This document shows, piece after piece, positions 25,883-35,739 of a stretch of DNA of 64,000 bases. This DNA comes from an uncultured Candidatus Saccharibacteria bacterium. GTDB taxonomy: Bacteria > Patescibacteriota > Doudnabacteria > UBA920. The notes under the pieces were generated by a model. The model saw only the letters and a list, made by a program, of their open reading frames with translations. It did no database searches and was not told the DNA's origin. The translations under genes were made by a program, and so were the position numbers. Each line of letters begins with the position of its first letter. Position 1 is the stretch's first letter. Where the stretch lies: assembly GCA_964474825.1 (NCBI GenBank), contig CAYYWQ010000001.1, forward strand, positions 65,420-129,419, read 5' to 3'.

Positions 25883-27417
25883 GAAAAATTCTGAATTCTA
25901 AATTCAAAATTCTAAATTCTAAACTGGGCCAGCGCGGGTCCATAATGATTTATAACATCCTGATTATTTTTATTTTCAGCACGGTTATGGTGGGTATTTT
26001 AAGCGTGGCCACAAGCCAGCTAAGGCTTCTTCGCAGCAGTATTAGCCGCGAGTCGTCTTTTAATATTGCCGAGGCGGGGATTAATTATTACATTTGGCAT
26101 TTAGCCCATTTTCAAAGTGATTACGCGGACGGCACTGGCCAGACCGGCTGTAACCCCTGCGGCCCTTATGTCCATAATTACACTGACACGGACAACGCCA
26201 CAGTTATTGGAAAATTTAGTTTAACCATAACGCCGCCTTTGCTCGGTTCCACGGTGGTAACAATTAAATCCACCGGTTATACCTTGGCTGACCCAGGCAA
26301 CAAGCGCACAATTACCGCGCAATATGGGATTCCTAGTTTGGCCCAGTATTCTTTTTTAAGCAATGCCGATGCTTGGATTGGTTCAACAGAAGCAGTGCAC
26401 GGGCAGTTCCGTAATAACGGAGGAGTGCGTTTTGACGGCAGCGGCGACTCCTGGATTTCTTCGGCCAAAAATAATTTGCCCCCCGGGCCGGGCTACCAAT
26501 GCAGCCCGCTTTTTGGCTGTTGTCCCGCGCTGACCAAGCCGGGAATATGGGGAGCGGCCGGAGCTTCTACCCAGGCATTTTGGAAAATGGCCCAGCCTAA
26601 TGTAAACTTTGCGGGAATAACGGGGGATTTAAATACTATTAAAGCTAACGCCCAAGCCAGCGGTATTGATTTGGCACCTTCTAACAGCCAGGGCTACTCT
26701 TTGGTGTTTAAGTCCGACGGCACTTTCGACACTTATAAAGTGACGTCTTTAAAATCCAACCCCACCGGTTACAGTACTAATTGCACGTATAACAGCGCGG
26801 CCTGCGCCGCGGCCTGTAACTCAACATGCACGAATTCCATTCAGTGCGAAGCGCGTAACGACAAGCTGGACTATAACGCGCGGACTTTTCTTAATAACCG
26901 CGCTATTCCTGCCAACGGCATTATTTTTGTGGAAGACAATGCCTGGGTGGAAGGTACGGTTAAAGGACGGGCTTTGGTTGTGGCCGCGCGGTTGGGTTCT
27001 TCGCTTGCCGGTATGCCAAATATTTTTATTCCTAACAATATTCTATATAATGACCTTACCGCTAACAGTAACGACATTTTAGGATTGCTTTCACAGAAAG
27101 ATATTATTATTACTTACCTGGCACCAAGCACTTTAACTATAGACGCGGCTATGATAGCCCAAAACGGTGTGGTTAATTTTTTTGACTATAGCGCGGGTTG
27201 CACTACAACCGCTGCGCAAAAAACCACTTTAAATTTGTTTGGCTCGTTGGCCAGTTATGGCGTTTGGACCTGGACCTGGACCTGTGGTAATGGCGTTTAC
27301 TCCGGATATTTAAACACCAACACAACTTACGACGGCCGGCTGCTTTACTATCCTCCGCCAAGTTTTCCGGTAGACAGCGCAGCGGGATACCAGCAACTTA
27401 ACTGGAAGAGTAACTGA
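25879..27417 (+). CDS. PilX-like pilus assembly protein
   Basis: QRGSIM + TM segment + IAEAGI; Cys-rich inserts; C-terminal YDGRL..PPPSFP. Confidence 0.8.
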   Translation: MRKILNSKFKILNSKLGQRGSIMIYNILIIFIFSTVMVGILSVATSQLRLLRSSISRESSFNIAEAGINYYIWHLAHFQSDYADGTGQTGCNPCGPYVHNYTDTDNATVIGKFSLTITPPLLGSTVVTIKSTGYTLADPGNKRTITAQYGIPSLAQYSFLSNADAWIGSTEAVHGQFRNNGGVRFDGSGDSWISSAKNNLPPGPGYQCSPLFGCCPALTKPGIWGAAGASTQAFWKMAQPNVNFAGITGDLNTIKANAQASGIDLAPSNSQGYSLVFKSDGTFDTYKVTSLKSNPTGYSTNCTYNSAACAAACNSTCTNSIQCEARNDKLDYNARTFLNNRAIPANGIIFVEDNAWVEGTVKGRALVVAARLGSSLAGMPNIFIPNNILYNDLTANSNDILGLLSQKDIIITYLAPSTLTIDAAMIAQNGVVNFFDYSAGCTTTAAQKTTLNLFGSLASYGVWTWTWTCGNGVYSGYLNTNTTYDGRLLYYPPPSFPVDSAAGYQQLNWKSN

Positions 27418-27440
27418 CAAACTTCTATTTATAACATAGC

Positions 27441-27497
27441 TGTCATCCCGAGCGAGCCTGCCTGCCGGCAGGCAGGTGCATCCGAGAGAGGGATCCC
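27441..27497. repeat. REP-like element containing the palindrome CCTGCCTGCCGGCAGGCAGG
   Basis: Perfect 20-bp palindrome at 27457-27476 within ATCCC..GGGAT; related copy at 50151-50166. Confidence 0.7.
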
Positions 27498-27522
27498 TTA
27501 AATCTTTTTAGTAAAGTTAATT

Positions 27523-27909
27523 ATGAAAAATATTTTTATCAAAATAAGTTTGATTGTGGCTATGGCACTATTTCCTTTGTCTGCTTTGGCAATGATATAC
27601 GTGCCGGCAGGTATGGTGCCCAACACGCCGCCGCTGCAGCCACACTCGCCTTTGGTGACGCCCAATATCTCCCAAAATGTCACTACAGCCACTTCATCTG
27701 AGTCCACAGGGGAGTCTTTGCAGCCAACGCCAATCATTATAGAAGATGTTATGGCGGGTAGTGAGGAACAGGCCAGGAGCCCTCAAGAGGATGATGACGA
27801 AGAAAATTCCAAAAGTTTTTGGAGCGGCGTTTGGCTGTGGACCCTGCTTCTTTTGGCCGGAGCCAGCTTTGGTTACTGGATGATAGTAAAACGAAATGGA
27901 CGCGACTAG
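27523..27909 (+). CDS. Secreted hypothetical protein with a C-terminal TM anchor
   Basis: Signal peptide ending ALA; C-terminal hydrophobic segment with basic tail. Confidence 0.7.
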   Translation: MKNIFIKISLIVAMALFPLSALAMIYVPAGMVPNTPPLQPHSPLVTPNISQNVTTATSSESTGESLQPTPIIIEDVMAGSEEQARSPQEDDDEENSKSFWSGVWLWTLLLLAGASFGYWMIVKRNGRD

Positions 27910-29092
27910 CCTTACCAAACAAAATACTTGTCTTTATTGCGGCAACAACCCAACGCCGCATTTTTTTACTTGGTATTTTGAGAGCTTGGACATTTTGTTT
28001 AGGCCGCTGAGGCGGCTAATTTCATTTAACCCGGTTTCTTTGCTTATTAAAACCTGGCTAAAGAATAATAATTTTGGTTGGTACGTGGCTAAATTTTTAT
28101 TAGGTGCTGGCTTCATTCAAAAACAGCCCGACATTTTAAAATGCAAAGTCAGACGCGCGCAGGTTTTATGGGAAGAAGCGCAAAAGCGCGGCATTGAATT
28201 TTACGGACTGAAACTTTTGGGGAAAAATTTAGATATGTATATGGCCCGGGGAAGGGCAAATAAATTATTTATAGACGGACTGCCCAGGCCAAAAAGCTAC
28301 AACGGCAGCATGCTGGAAGACTTGGACGACAAAATGGTGCTTAAACAAAAACTTGGGGACGCGGGACTGCCTGTGCCAAAAGGCGGGAGTGTGTTTAGTT
28401 ATTCATCTGCCGCAAAGATTTTTAAGAGAATCAATAAGCCTGTTATAGTTAAACCGCGCAGCGGCAGCAGGGGAAGACACACCACAACCTATATATATAG
28501 TGAAGCCGAGTTAAAACAGGCTTTTAAAGTGGCAAAACAACTTTGCAGCTGGGTGGTTGTGGAAGAGCAATTATTTGGTCCCGTCTACCGCGCCACTATA
28601 ATAAACGAACATTTGGCAGGGGTTTTGCGGGGAGATTCGCCTGCTGTTACTGGTGATGGTGTTGCTAGAATTATGGATTTGATAAATAAAAAAAATCATT
28701 TAACTCACGCAGGTGTTAAAGATATAGTGCCGGACAGCGGAATGGAATTATTTTTACAAAGACAAAACCTAACATTAGCATCAGTCCTCCCAAAAGGACA
28801 AACCATTAGTCTAACGGAAAAAATTGGCGTAAATTATGGAGGCAGTTCTTCAGAAGATTTTGAAATTTGCCACCAAGACAATAAAGAATTGTTTTTGCAG
28901 GCCGCCAAAGTTTTAGGAGACCCAATAGTTGGTTTTGATTTTATTATTGCCGACATTACCAAGTCCTGGAAAGAACAACGCTGCGGGTTTATAGAAGCCA
29001 ATTCTTTACCGTTCATTAACCTACATCACGACCCACTCCTTGGCACCCCGCGTAACGTCGCGGCATTGGTTTGGGATATGATGCAGATGTAG
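27896..29092 (+). CDS. ATP-grasp ligase, cyanophycin synthetase / GshAB C-terminal-like
   Basis: DDKM..K, VIVKPRSGSRGR, GFDFI and IEANSLP motifs. Confidence 0.8.
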   Translation: MDATSLTKQNTCLYCGNNPTPHFFTWYFESLDILFRPLRRLISFNPVSLLIKTWLKNNNFGWYVAKFLLGAGFIQKQPDILKCKVRRAQVLWEEAQKRGIEFYGLKLLGKNLDMYMARGRANKLFIDGLPRPKSYNGSMLEDLDDKMVLKQKLGDAGLPVPKGGSVFSYSSAAKIFKRINKPVIVKPRSGSRGRHTTTYIYSEAELKQAFKVAKQLCSWVVVEEQLFGPVYRATIINEHLAGVLRGDSPAVTGDGVARIMDLINKKNHLTHAGVKDIVPDSGMELFLQRQNLTLASVLPKGQTISLTEKIGVNYGGSSSEDFEICHQDNKELFLQAAKVLGDPIVGFDFIIADITKSWKEQRCGFIEANSLPFINLHHDPLLGTPRNVAALVWDMMQM

Positions 29093-29110
29093 GGGATAGA
29101 TTTAAGATGT

Positions 29111-29326
29111 ATGAATAACGCTCCAGATAACAAAGCTTGGTTTAAAAAAATTACAGAAACAAATTCCCCCTACAAGAAAGCGGCCGGGATTGTTTTAATC
29201 ATAATTGGCTTTTTGGCGTTAATTACTCCTTTTACACCAGGTTCATGGCTTATGTTTGTTGGCCTGGAATTACTCGGTGTGCGTCTGGCACTCTGGGACA
29301 AAATAAAGTCTAAGTTTATAAAATAA
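29111..29326 (+). CDS. Small membrane protein (PGPGW-like)
   Basis: GFLALITPFTPGSW motif. Confidence 0.7.
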   Translation: MNNAPDNKAWFKKITETNSPYKKAAGIVLIIIGFLALITPFTPGSWLMFVGLELLGVRLALWDKIKSKFIK

Positions 29327-29427
29327 GCATAGCAGTCCCATTGGTCTAATAACCATAGGACCTATTTTTTGAGTTATCCACTTTACATTTAGTGAACGAT
29401 TGTTTACTATATATATTATATTACTTT

Positions 29428-31449
29428 ATGCAGGGCACCCAGAAACCAAAATTTAACATGGAAGAACTTAGGAAAAAGTATCCTAAAGCGGGTAAGAAGT
29501 GGGAAAAAGAAGAAGACGAAAAACTTAAAAGTCTTTATGAGCAGCGGCGCACTGCCGGTTTTGGAAATCTTGAAGAGTTTGTTTTTGAAATTACCAAAGA
29601 ATTTCAGCGCGCCTCCGGAGGCCTAAAAGCAAGAATGGCTATGCATTTTGGGGACGTACCAGGCTGGGATTACGAAGGCGCCAAACAGCGGGACGAATGG
29701 AGAAAGCAGCAGCAAACAGTGGATATAGAAAAACAGGCCAGTCCGGAAATAGATTTAATTTTGCTGGAAGAGTATAAGAAGTATAGTGTTTCTAAAAAGG
29801 AAACTTTTAGGAAGTTTACTTTAAGACTGGCTCAGGTAGTTGATCGTCCTCGGGGTTTTATAAGATCAAGAATATATCATTTGGTGAAAGACGTAGTGGA
29901 GTATCAAAAGGAAGATGTAAATCCGTATGGCGACGCCCGTAAGCAAAAAGTGGATCCGGAAATGCCAAAATTTACTTTTACGGAAAATTCCGAAGCCCGG
30001 GAAGCTTTGCGAATAATGAACGAATCTTCTGAAAATTTATTTTTAACAGGGGAGGCTGGAACTGGGAAATCCACGCTGCTGAAATATTTTAGGCACAATA
30101 CAACAAAGAACATTGTGGTGCTTGCGCCAACTGGTGTGGCGGCCATAAACGTTTCTGGCCAGACTATTCATTCTTTTTGCGGTTTTGGGCCGGACATAAC
30201 TTTAAATAAAGTTAAAAAATTAGGGCCGGGTACAGGAAAACTTCAGCTTCTGCAAAAGTTAAACACCGTAATTATAGACGAAATTTCCATGGTTCGGGCG
30301 GATTTGCTTGACTGCGTGGACAAATTTTTGCGAATAAATGGGCCAGCTCCTAGTGAGCCTTTTGGCGGCCTGCAGATGGTTTTTATTGGTGATCTTTACC
30401 AGCTTCCTCCAGTGGACAAAGACTTTATAGCAGGGGACGGTTTAATTAAGGAATATGAATCCCCGTATTTTTTTGACTCCCATGCTTTTAAGCGTTCAAA
30501 GTTTAATCATGTCCAATTAAAACAAATGTATAGGCAGCAGGACAGGGTATTTATAGACGTCTTAAATGCAGTTAGAAATAATGTTGCTTCGCATGATCAT
30601 CTGACAACAATAAATACCAGAGTAATGAAACCGGGAGAAAAGCATGCCCTGCACCGGAGCGAAGAGGCTGGTACAGGGTTCGCCATTTATTTAACCCCTC
30701 ATAACTCTCAGGCCCAAAAAGTAAATAATTATTTTTTGGAAAAGTTAGCCACACCTCTTAAGACCTATGAAGGCGTTTTGCGGGGCAGTTTTGAAAATCG
30801 CCAGCCTCCTACGGACCAAAGTTTACAAATAAAAGTTGGCGCCCAAGTTATGATGCTTAACAACGATCAGCGCAAACGCTGGGTCAACGGCACTATGGGG
30901 AAAGTGGTTAGAATAGAAAAATGTGATAGTTGGCACAGCGAGGATGACAAAGTGCAGTTCTCTCCTCCTTTTAAGGAAGAGTACCCCGCGCAGCGGGGGG
31001 TGGTGGTTGGAGTAGAGGAGGATTCTTTTGGCGACGATGAAAATAATTCTACATCTTCCGATGTGATTGTAGTGGAGCTCGAAACCGGCGAAACGGTTTA
31101 TGTGGAACCTCACACCTGGGAAATGTTCCAGTTTATTTTGGACAAAGGCAGTCAAAAAGTAGACAGTCGAACAACCGGAACTTTTACCCAGTATCCATTT
31201 AAATTAGCCTGGGCCGTAACCATTCACAAAGCTCAAGGAAAAACTTTTGACAAAGTTTACATAGACCTAAGCACCGGCACCTTTGCTCACGGCCAACTCT
31301 ACGTAGCCCTCTCCCGCTGCCGTACCCTTGAAGGCCTTTTCCTAAAACGTCCCATTACCCAACAAGACATTATTTTAGACAACCGCATTGTAGAATTCCT
31401 ACACAGCTTTAATCCAACTGAGGAATATTATTCTACTGTGGAAGAATAA
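29428..31449 (+). CDS. PIF1/RecD-like SF1B helicase with an N-terminal extension
   Basis: GEAGTGKS, DEISM, GDLYQLPPV, TIHKAQG and YVALSR motifs. Confidence 0.92.
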   Translation: MQGTQKPKFNMEELRKKYPKAGKKWEKEEDEKLKSLYEQRRTAGFGNLEEFVFEITKEFQRASGGLKARMAMHFGDVPGWDYEGAKQRDEWRKQQQTVDIEKQASPEIDLILLEEYKKYSVSKKETFRKFTLRLAQVVDRPRGFIRSRIYHLVKDVVEYQKEDVNPYGDARKQKVDPEMPKFTFTENSEAREALRIMNESSENLFLTGEAGTGKSTLLKYFRHNTTKNIVVLAPTGVAAINVSGQTIHSFCGFGPDITLNKVKKLGPGTGKLQLLQKLNTVIIDEISMVRADLLDCVDKFLRINGPAPSEPFGGLQMVFIGDLYQLPPVDKDFIAGDGLIKEYESPYFFDSHAFKRSKFNHVQLKQMYRQQDRVFIDVLNAVRNNVASHDHLTTINTRVMKPGEKHALHRSEEAGTGFAIYLTPHNSQAQKVNNYFLEKLATPLKTYEGVLRGSFENRQPPTDQSLQIKVGAQVMMLNNDQRKRWVNGTMGKVVRIEKCDSWHSEDDKVQFSPPFKEEYPAQRGVVVGVEEDSFGDDENNSTSSDVIVVELETGETVYVEPHTWEMFQFILDKGSQKVDSRTTGTFTQYPFKLAWAVTIHKAQGKTFDKVYIDLSTGTFAHGQLYVALSRCRTLEGLFLKRPITQQDIILDNRIVEFLHSFNPTEEYYSTVEE

Positions 31450-31552
31450 TAAAATTGATTTAATATTCCCTAATTTAAAAAAAGTTTGTATAATGAAATT
31501 GTTAAGAAACCCGAGAGGTTCACCCCTTTCGGTTTTTTAATTTGGCATTTTA

Positions 31553-32023
31553 ATGAAACAAAAAGGATTTACTTTAATTGAACTGCTTGTAGTAATTTCC
31601 ATAATAGGGTTACTTTCTTCAGTTTTATTTGTTTCCTTGAATAATGCCAGAGTAAAGGCCAGGGATGCAAAAAGGAAGTCCGAAATCAAGCAGATTGTTA
31701 CCGGATTGGTAATGTATTACAATGCCCATAATTCCTACCCGGCTAATACCTATAATGGTGCCTGTGGTACGGCCTTAAACGGCACTGACCTTATTTCTCA
31801 GGGGTTAATTAATGACGGAATAATAAAAAAAATACCATTGCCGCCTTCCAATTCAGGTCAATGCGGGGATTATTATTATTCCGGCACTTGGAATAATGCC
31901 CAAAGTTTGGCCATTATGACTAAACTGGAAAATGCTGATGTCGGGTGCAAGCCTTTTACCGGAGACCCAGACTGGTATATTTCCGGCTCCTACTGTAATG
32001 GTATTTATATTGTCACACAATAA
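31553..32023 (+). CDS. Type IV pilin / GspG-like prepilin
   Basis: KGFTLIELLVVISIIG and ARDAKR motifs. Confidence 0.9.
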   Translation: MKQKGFTLIELLVVISIIGLLSSVLFVSLNNARVKARDAKRKSEIKQIVTGLVMYYNAHNSYPANTYNGACGTALNGTDLISQGLINDGIIKKIPLPPSNSGQCGDYYYSGTWNNAQSLAIMTKLENADVGCKPFTGDPDWYISGSYCNGIYIVTQ

Positions 32024-32123
32024 ATTTAAAAAATAATTAAAAAAGCCGTTCTACAAGTTCTATTCTTTGTTGTTTTTTAGGTTAAGTTAGAGTAAAATAA
32101 GCCTAAAGGGCTTATTTTAATTT

Positions 32124-32408
32124 ATGTCTAAAGACCACGAACAATATACAAAGGAGTTTTTAAAAGGCCAGGAAATTCCTACAACCTCAGCAAGCGGATA
32201 TTTGCGGGGTAATTCTGCTTTGGCAAAATATAACCCCAAAGGCCTCGCCAGATTTGCCAAAGCATTTTACCTAGCCCCACTTTTATTTATTGCCCTAGGC
32301 ATGATTTTTAAATCCAGAAATTTTGGCGAAGCGTTAATATTTTTAGGTGTCTTTTTACTTTTAGCTTTTGTGATATATAAATTACTTAAAAAGGTAACGC
32401 AAAAGTAA
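32124..32408 (+). CDS. Hypothetical two-TM protein
   Basis: Two hydrophobic segments. Confidence 0.6.
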   Translation: MSKDHEQYTKEFLKGQEIPTTSASGYLRGNSALAKYNPKGLARFAKAFYLAPLLFIALGMIFKSRNFGEALIFLGVFLLLAFVIYKLLKKVTQK

Positions 32409-32422
32409 ATTCAATCTATAAT

Positions 32423-32716
32423 ATGAACAAATACGAGCGGGTACCGGAACATATTATAGATTTGCATGGGTTTACCACGAAAGAGGCTGGGGAAATTTTG
32501 GACGAGCTTATAGAAAAAGGGGGGTATAGTCATGTTAGGGTTATTACGGGTAAAGGAACTTTTCGGGAGACTGGTCCGGTTATGAGGAGGTATGTGGAAA
32601 ATTATTTGGAGAATAGGGATATAACTTTCCAAGTAGCTAAACTTCAAAATGGTGGAGAGGGTGCGTTTGAGGTTTACCCCGCACCACTTCCCGGCAATAA
32701 ACGGAAGATAAAATAA
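32423..32716 (+). CDS. Smr/MutS2 domain protein
   Basis: IDLHG, VITGKG and GGEGA motifs. Confidence 0.9.
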   Translation: MNKYERVPEHIIDLHGFTTKEAGEILDELIEKGGYSHVRVITGKGTFRETGPVMRRYVENYLENRDITFQVAKLQNGGEGAFEVYPAPLPGNKRKIK

Positions 32717-32792
32717 CTAAAGGCTATTTAAAATATTTTGTATTGTGTAAAATATAAAAAAAGTGGTTCTGGGGTTTTTAAAAATAATAGTT

Positions 32793-33116
32793 ATGTCTAC
32801 AAAGCAGTCTACAATAGATTATTTGCTAGATCAGCTATCTGAAGTGGGAGATGTGCGTGCGCGAAAGATGTTTGGTGAGTACGCGCTTTATTGCGAAAAT
32901 AAAGTTGTAGCACTGGTTTGTGACGACGAGCTGTTTGTAAAAATTACCGAGCCAGGCAAGAAGTTTGCAGGCAAACATTATGAAGAAGGCTTTGCGTACA
33001 AGGGCGCTAAAGCTTCCATGCATATTTCCGGTGACTTGCTGGAAGACCGGAAATTTATTTGCAGTTTAATTACAATAACGGCGAAGGCTTTACCTGTTCC
33101 TAAGCCAAAAAAATAA
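32793..33116 (+). CDS. TfoX N-terminal domain protein
   Basis: RKMFGEYALY..VCDDELFVK motif. Confidence 0.9.
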   Translation: MSTKQSTIDYLLDQLSEVGDVRARKMFGEYALYCENKVVALVCDDELFVKITEPGKKFAGKHYEEGFAYKGAKASMHISGDLLEDRKFICSLITITAKALPVPKPKK

Positions 33117-33119
33117 TTT

Positions 33120-34379
33120 ATGCAATCACCGGTTAGTAAATCTAAAATTTGGGATGTCGTAGTCATTGGCGGGGGAGCGGCGGGGATGATGGCGGCGGGA
33201 AGAGCGGCGGAACGGGGCCGCTCTGTTTTGTTGCTGGAAAAAAATCTTACACTTGGAAAAAAACTGCTTATTACCGGCGGCGGACGCTGTAATGTTACTA
33301 ACAATAAACCCAATGTTAGAACAATGCTTTCTAAATATAGAGGCAATAATAAATTTCTTTTTTCTTGCTTTTCACAGTTTGCGGTAGAAGAAGCCATGGA
33401 ATTTTTTCATAGCAGGGGTATGGAAACTAAAGAAGAAGCTGAGGAAAGAGTTTTTCCGATTTCTAACAAAGCACGCTCGGTTTGGGAGGTACTTGTGAGT
33501 TACTTAAAACAAACTGGTGTTGAAGTGCGGACTGGTGCTGGCGTGGCTGGAATATCAACCGATAACGAAACTAATCATTTGCGCATAAAGTTAAAAGACA
33601 AGTCGGAAATTATTTGCAGTTCTTGTATTGTTGCAACGGGCGGGCTTTCACATCCGGAAACCGGCTCAACCGGCGAAGGGTTTACTTGGCTAAAAAAGTT
33701 GGGACATACAATTGTGGAAAATAACTTTGCATTGGTCCCGCTTTCTTTAAAAAATGACTGGACAAAAAAATTGGGAGGCGTGGCACTTAAAGATATTAAA
33801 CTTACCACATATCAAGGTGGCAAAAAACAGGATAGCCAAAAAGGGAAATTTTTATTTACGCATTTTGGCATAAGCGGGCCCACGGTTTTAAACATGAGCA
33901 AGGGAGTGGGAGATCTTTTGCAATACGGCGAAGTTACAATTATGTTAGACCTGTTTCCGCATTTAGACGTAGTTGCCTTAAAACAAAAGCTCCAGAAACT
34001 TTTGGTTATGGAAAGCAATAAAAAATTAAAAAATGTACTTAATCGCCTCATGCCGGCAGCATTGGTTTTGCCTTTGCTGGAACTTTCCGGGATAGACGGA
34101 GAAACCACAAACCATAGTGTTATTCGTGAAGACCGTGTAAAGTTAGTAGAACTTTTAAAAGCTGTACCACTAGAAGTAAAAGGTTTATTGGGTTCAGACA
34201 AAGCAGTAATATCTTCGGGTGGGGCAGAGCCAGAGCAAATAAATTTTAAAACCATGCAGTCGCGCCTGGTGCCGGGGTTATATATAGTTGGTGATGCCTT
34301 AAACATAGACCGCCCGTCCGGCGGCTACAGCCTACAGCTTTGCTGGACAACAGGTTATGTTGCCGGGAGTAACGCATAA
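33120..34379 (+). CDS. HI0933/BaiN family flavoprotein
   Basis: GGGAAG, GGGRCNVTN, LFTHFGISGP and GGYSLQ motifs. Confidence 0.93.
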   Translation: MQSPVSKSKIWDVVVIGGGAAGMMAAGRAAERGRSVLLLEKNLTLGKKLLITGGGRCNVTNNKPNVRTMLSKYRGNNKFLFSCFSQFAVEEAMEFFHSRGMETKEEAEERVFPISNKARSVWEVLVSYLKQTGVEVRTGAGVAGISTDNETNHLRIKLKDKSEIICSSCIVATGGLSHPETGSTGEGFTWLKKLGHTIVENNFALVPLSLKNDWTKKLGGVALKDIKLTTYQGGKKQDSQKGKFLFTHFGISGPTVLNMSKGVGDLLQYGEVTIMLDLFPHLDVVALKQKLQKLLVMESNKKLKNVLNRLMPAALVLPLLELSGIDGETTNHSVIREDRVKLVELLKAVPLEVKGLLGSDKAVISSGGAEPEQINFKTMQSRLVPGLYIVGDALNIDRPSGGYSLQLCWTTGYVAGSNA

Positions 34380-34451
34380 AATCGCTAAAACAGCGGTTTT
34401 TTGCTAGAATGATAATGCAGCGGGTCCAACAAACTAAATCTTTTTAAAGTT

Positions 34452-34832
34452 ATGGAAGGAATGTTTAATTTTGTAATTATTGTTTTTGTAATAGTCTCGG
34501 TTATTTTTCGTATAAAAAAAGCTCAGGAGAAATTGCAAAAGACAGGCGTACGTAGTGATGATCCTGTTGGTAAAAATTTTCAAAATGCATTACTGCAGGG
34601 TTTTTTAGGTCAGCCCCCAGAGCAAGTAGCCAAGTTTGCCGGCGGCAGTAAAGACATAGACAAGCTAGTAACGGTTTATGGGCCCGGCGCAATTTTAGGA
34701 ATAAACGAAGTTTCAGTGTTTCTGAAAATTAGTGAACAAGACGCACAGGAAATTTTAGACCAACTGCTAAGTTCAGGCAAAGCCATAACCACCACCAGCG
34801 CCAGCGGCAAAATCCGCTACAAGCTCATTTAA
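34452..34832 (+). CDS. Hypothetical protein with N-terminal TM and a possible winged-helix C-terminus
   Basis: TM segment; helix-turn-helix-wing-like ending. Confidence 0.6.
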   Translation: MEGMFNFVIIVFVIVSVIFRIKKAQEKLQKTGVRSDDPVGKNFQNALLQGFLGQPPEQVAKFAGGSKDIDKLVTVYGPGAILGINEVSVFLKISEQDAQEILDQLLSSGKAITTTSASGKIRYKLI

Positions 34833-34845
34833 AATTATCTCCCGA

Positions 34846-34920
34846 GTCCTTTTGCGTTAGCGCACTAGCTGAAAGTCCGCCGAAGCCTTGGCGAAGGTGG
34901 ATGCAGTAAAGCAAAAGGAC
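34846..34920. repeat. Composite hairpin containing the CPR-type repeat CCGCCGAAGCCTTGGCGAAGGTGG
   Basis: Perfect 10-bp GTCCTTTTGC/GCAAAAGGAC stem enclosing an inner palindrome at 34876-34901. Confidence 0.6.
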
Positions 34921-34942
34921 CCGCAACAGGAAAGTTGAATTT

Positions 34943-35137
34943 ATGGCAGGACAAAATAGGGAAGATGTGAATATTGGGGCTACTGTGGGTATAGTTTTAA
35001 AGCAAGATCAGCCCACAGGCAAGCTTACGCGCGGCGTGGTTGCGGAACTTTTAACTAATTCACAGTTTCATCCGCATGGAATAAAAGTTAGGCTAGAAAG
35101 CGGCGAGGTCGGAAGAGTCCAAGCAATAATCAACTAA
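34943..35137 (+). CDS. YwbE (DUF2196) family protein
   Basis: KQDQPTG, HPHGIKVRL and VGRVQ motifs. Confidence 0.9.
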   Translation: MAGQNREDVNIGATVGIVLKQDQPTGKLTRGVVAELLTNSQFHPHGIKVRLESGEVGRVQAIIN

Positions 35138-35149
35138 AAAAATATAGTC

Positions 35150-35734
35150 ATGAATATCACCTCAGCAAAGTTTGTAAAGGGAGTTGTGGAAGAAGACGAG
35201 GTTTTGGACGACGGGGTGCCGCAGGTGGCTTTTGTCGGCAGGTCCAATGTGGGTAAGTCCAGCGTTATAAATTCTTTGGCAAACCAAAAAGGCCTGGCCA
35301 GGACCAGTTCTTTTCCGGGGCATACCCAGGAAATAAATATTTTTTTAATATCCGCTACCGGCGGGAATAAATTTTATTTGGTGGATTTGCCGGGCTACGG
35401 CTTTGCCAAAGCCTCAAAGGAAACCCAAGCCAGGCTGCAGCAGTTAATTTATTGGTACTTGCTGGATTCACATTATCTACAGGAAAAAATAGTTTTAATT
35501 ATAGACGCCGTGGTTGGCCCCACCGAAACAGACATGCAAATGCTCCATAGTTTAAAAGAGCAGCATAAGAATGTTGTTGTTGTGGCCAACAAAGTGGACA
35601 AGTTAAAAAAATCTGAATACAAAAAGCAGCTGCAAGAAATAAAAGATTCTTTGGGTGATAAATACAAAGTCATTCCTTATTCCGCGGAAAAGAAAATTGG
35701 CATAAACGAACTTTTAAACGAAATATTAAAATAG
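35150..35734 (+). CDS. engB: Ribosome biogenesis GTPase YihA/YsxC
   Basis: GRSNVGKSS, DLPGYG and NKVD motifs. Confidence 0.95.
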   Translation: MNITSAKFVKGVVEEDEVLDDGVPQVAFVGRSNVGKSSVINSLANQKGLARTSSFPGHTQEINIFLISATGGNKFYLVDLPGYGFAKASKETQARLQQLIYWYLLDSHYLQEKIVLIIDAVVGPTETDMQMLHSLKEQHKNVVVVANKVDKLKKSEYKKQLQEIKDSLGDKYKVIPYSAEKKIGINELLNEILK

Positions 35735-35739
35735 ATTTT

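Noticed and set aside
34861-34935. GAAAGTCC resembling the RNase P P4 5' motif
   Set aside because: The region is about 100 nt, lacks the other conserved RNase P regions, and is explained by a palindromic repeat
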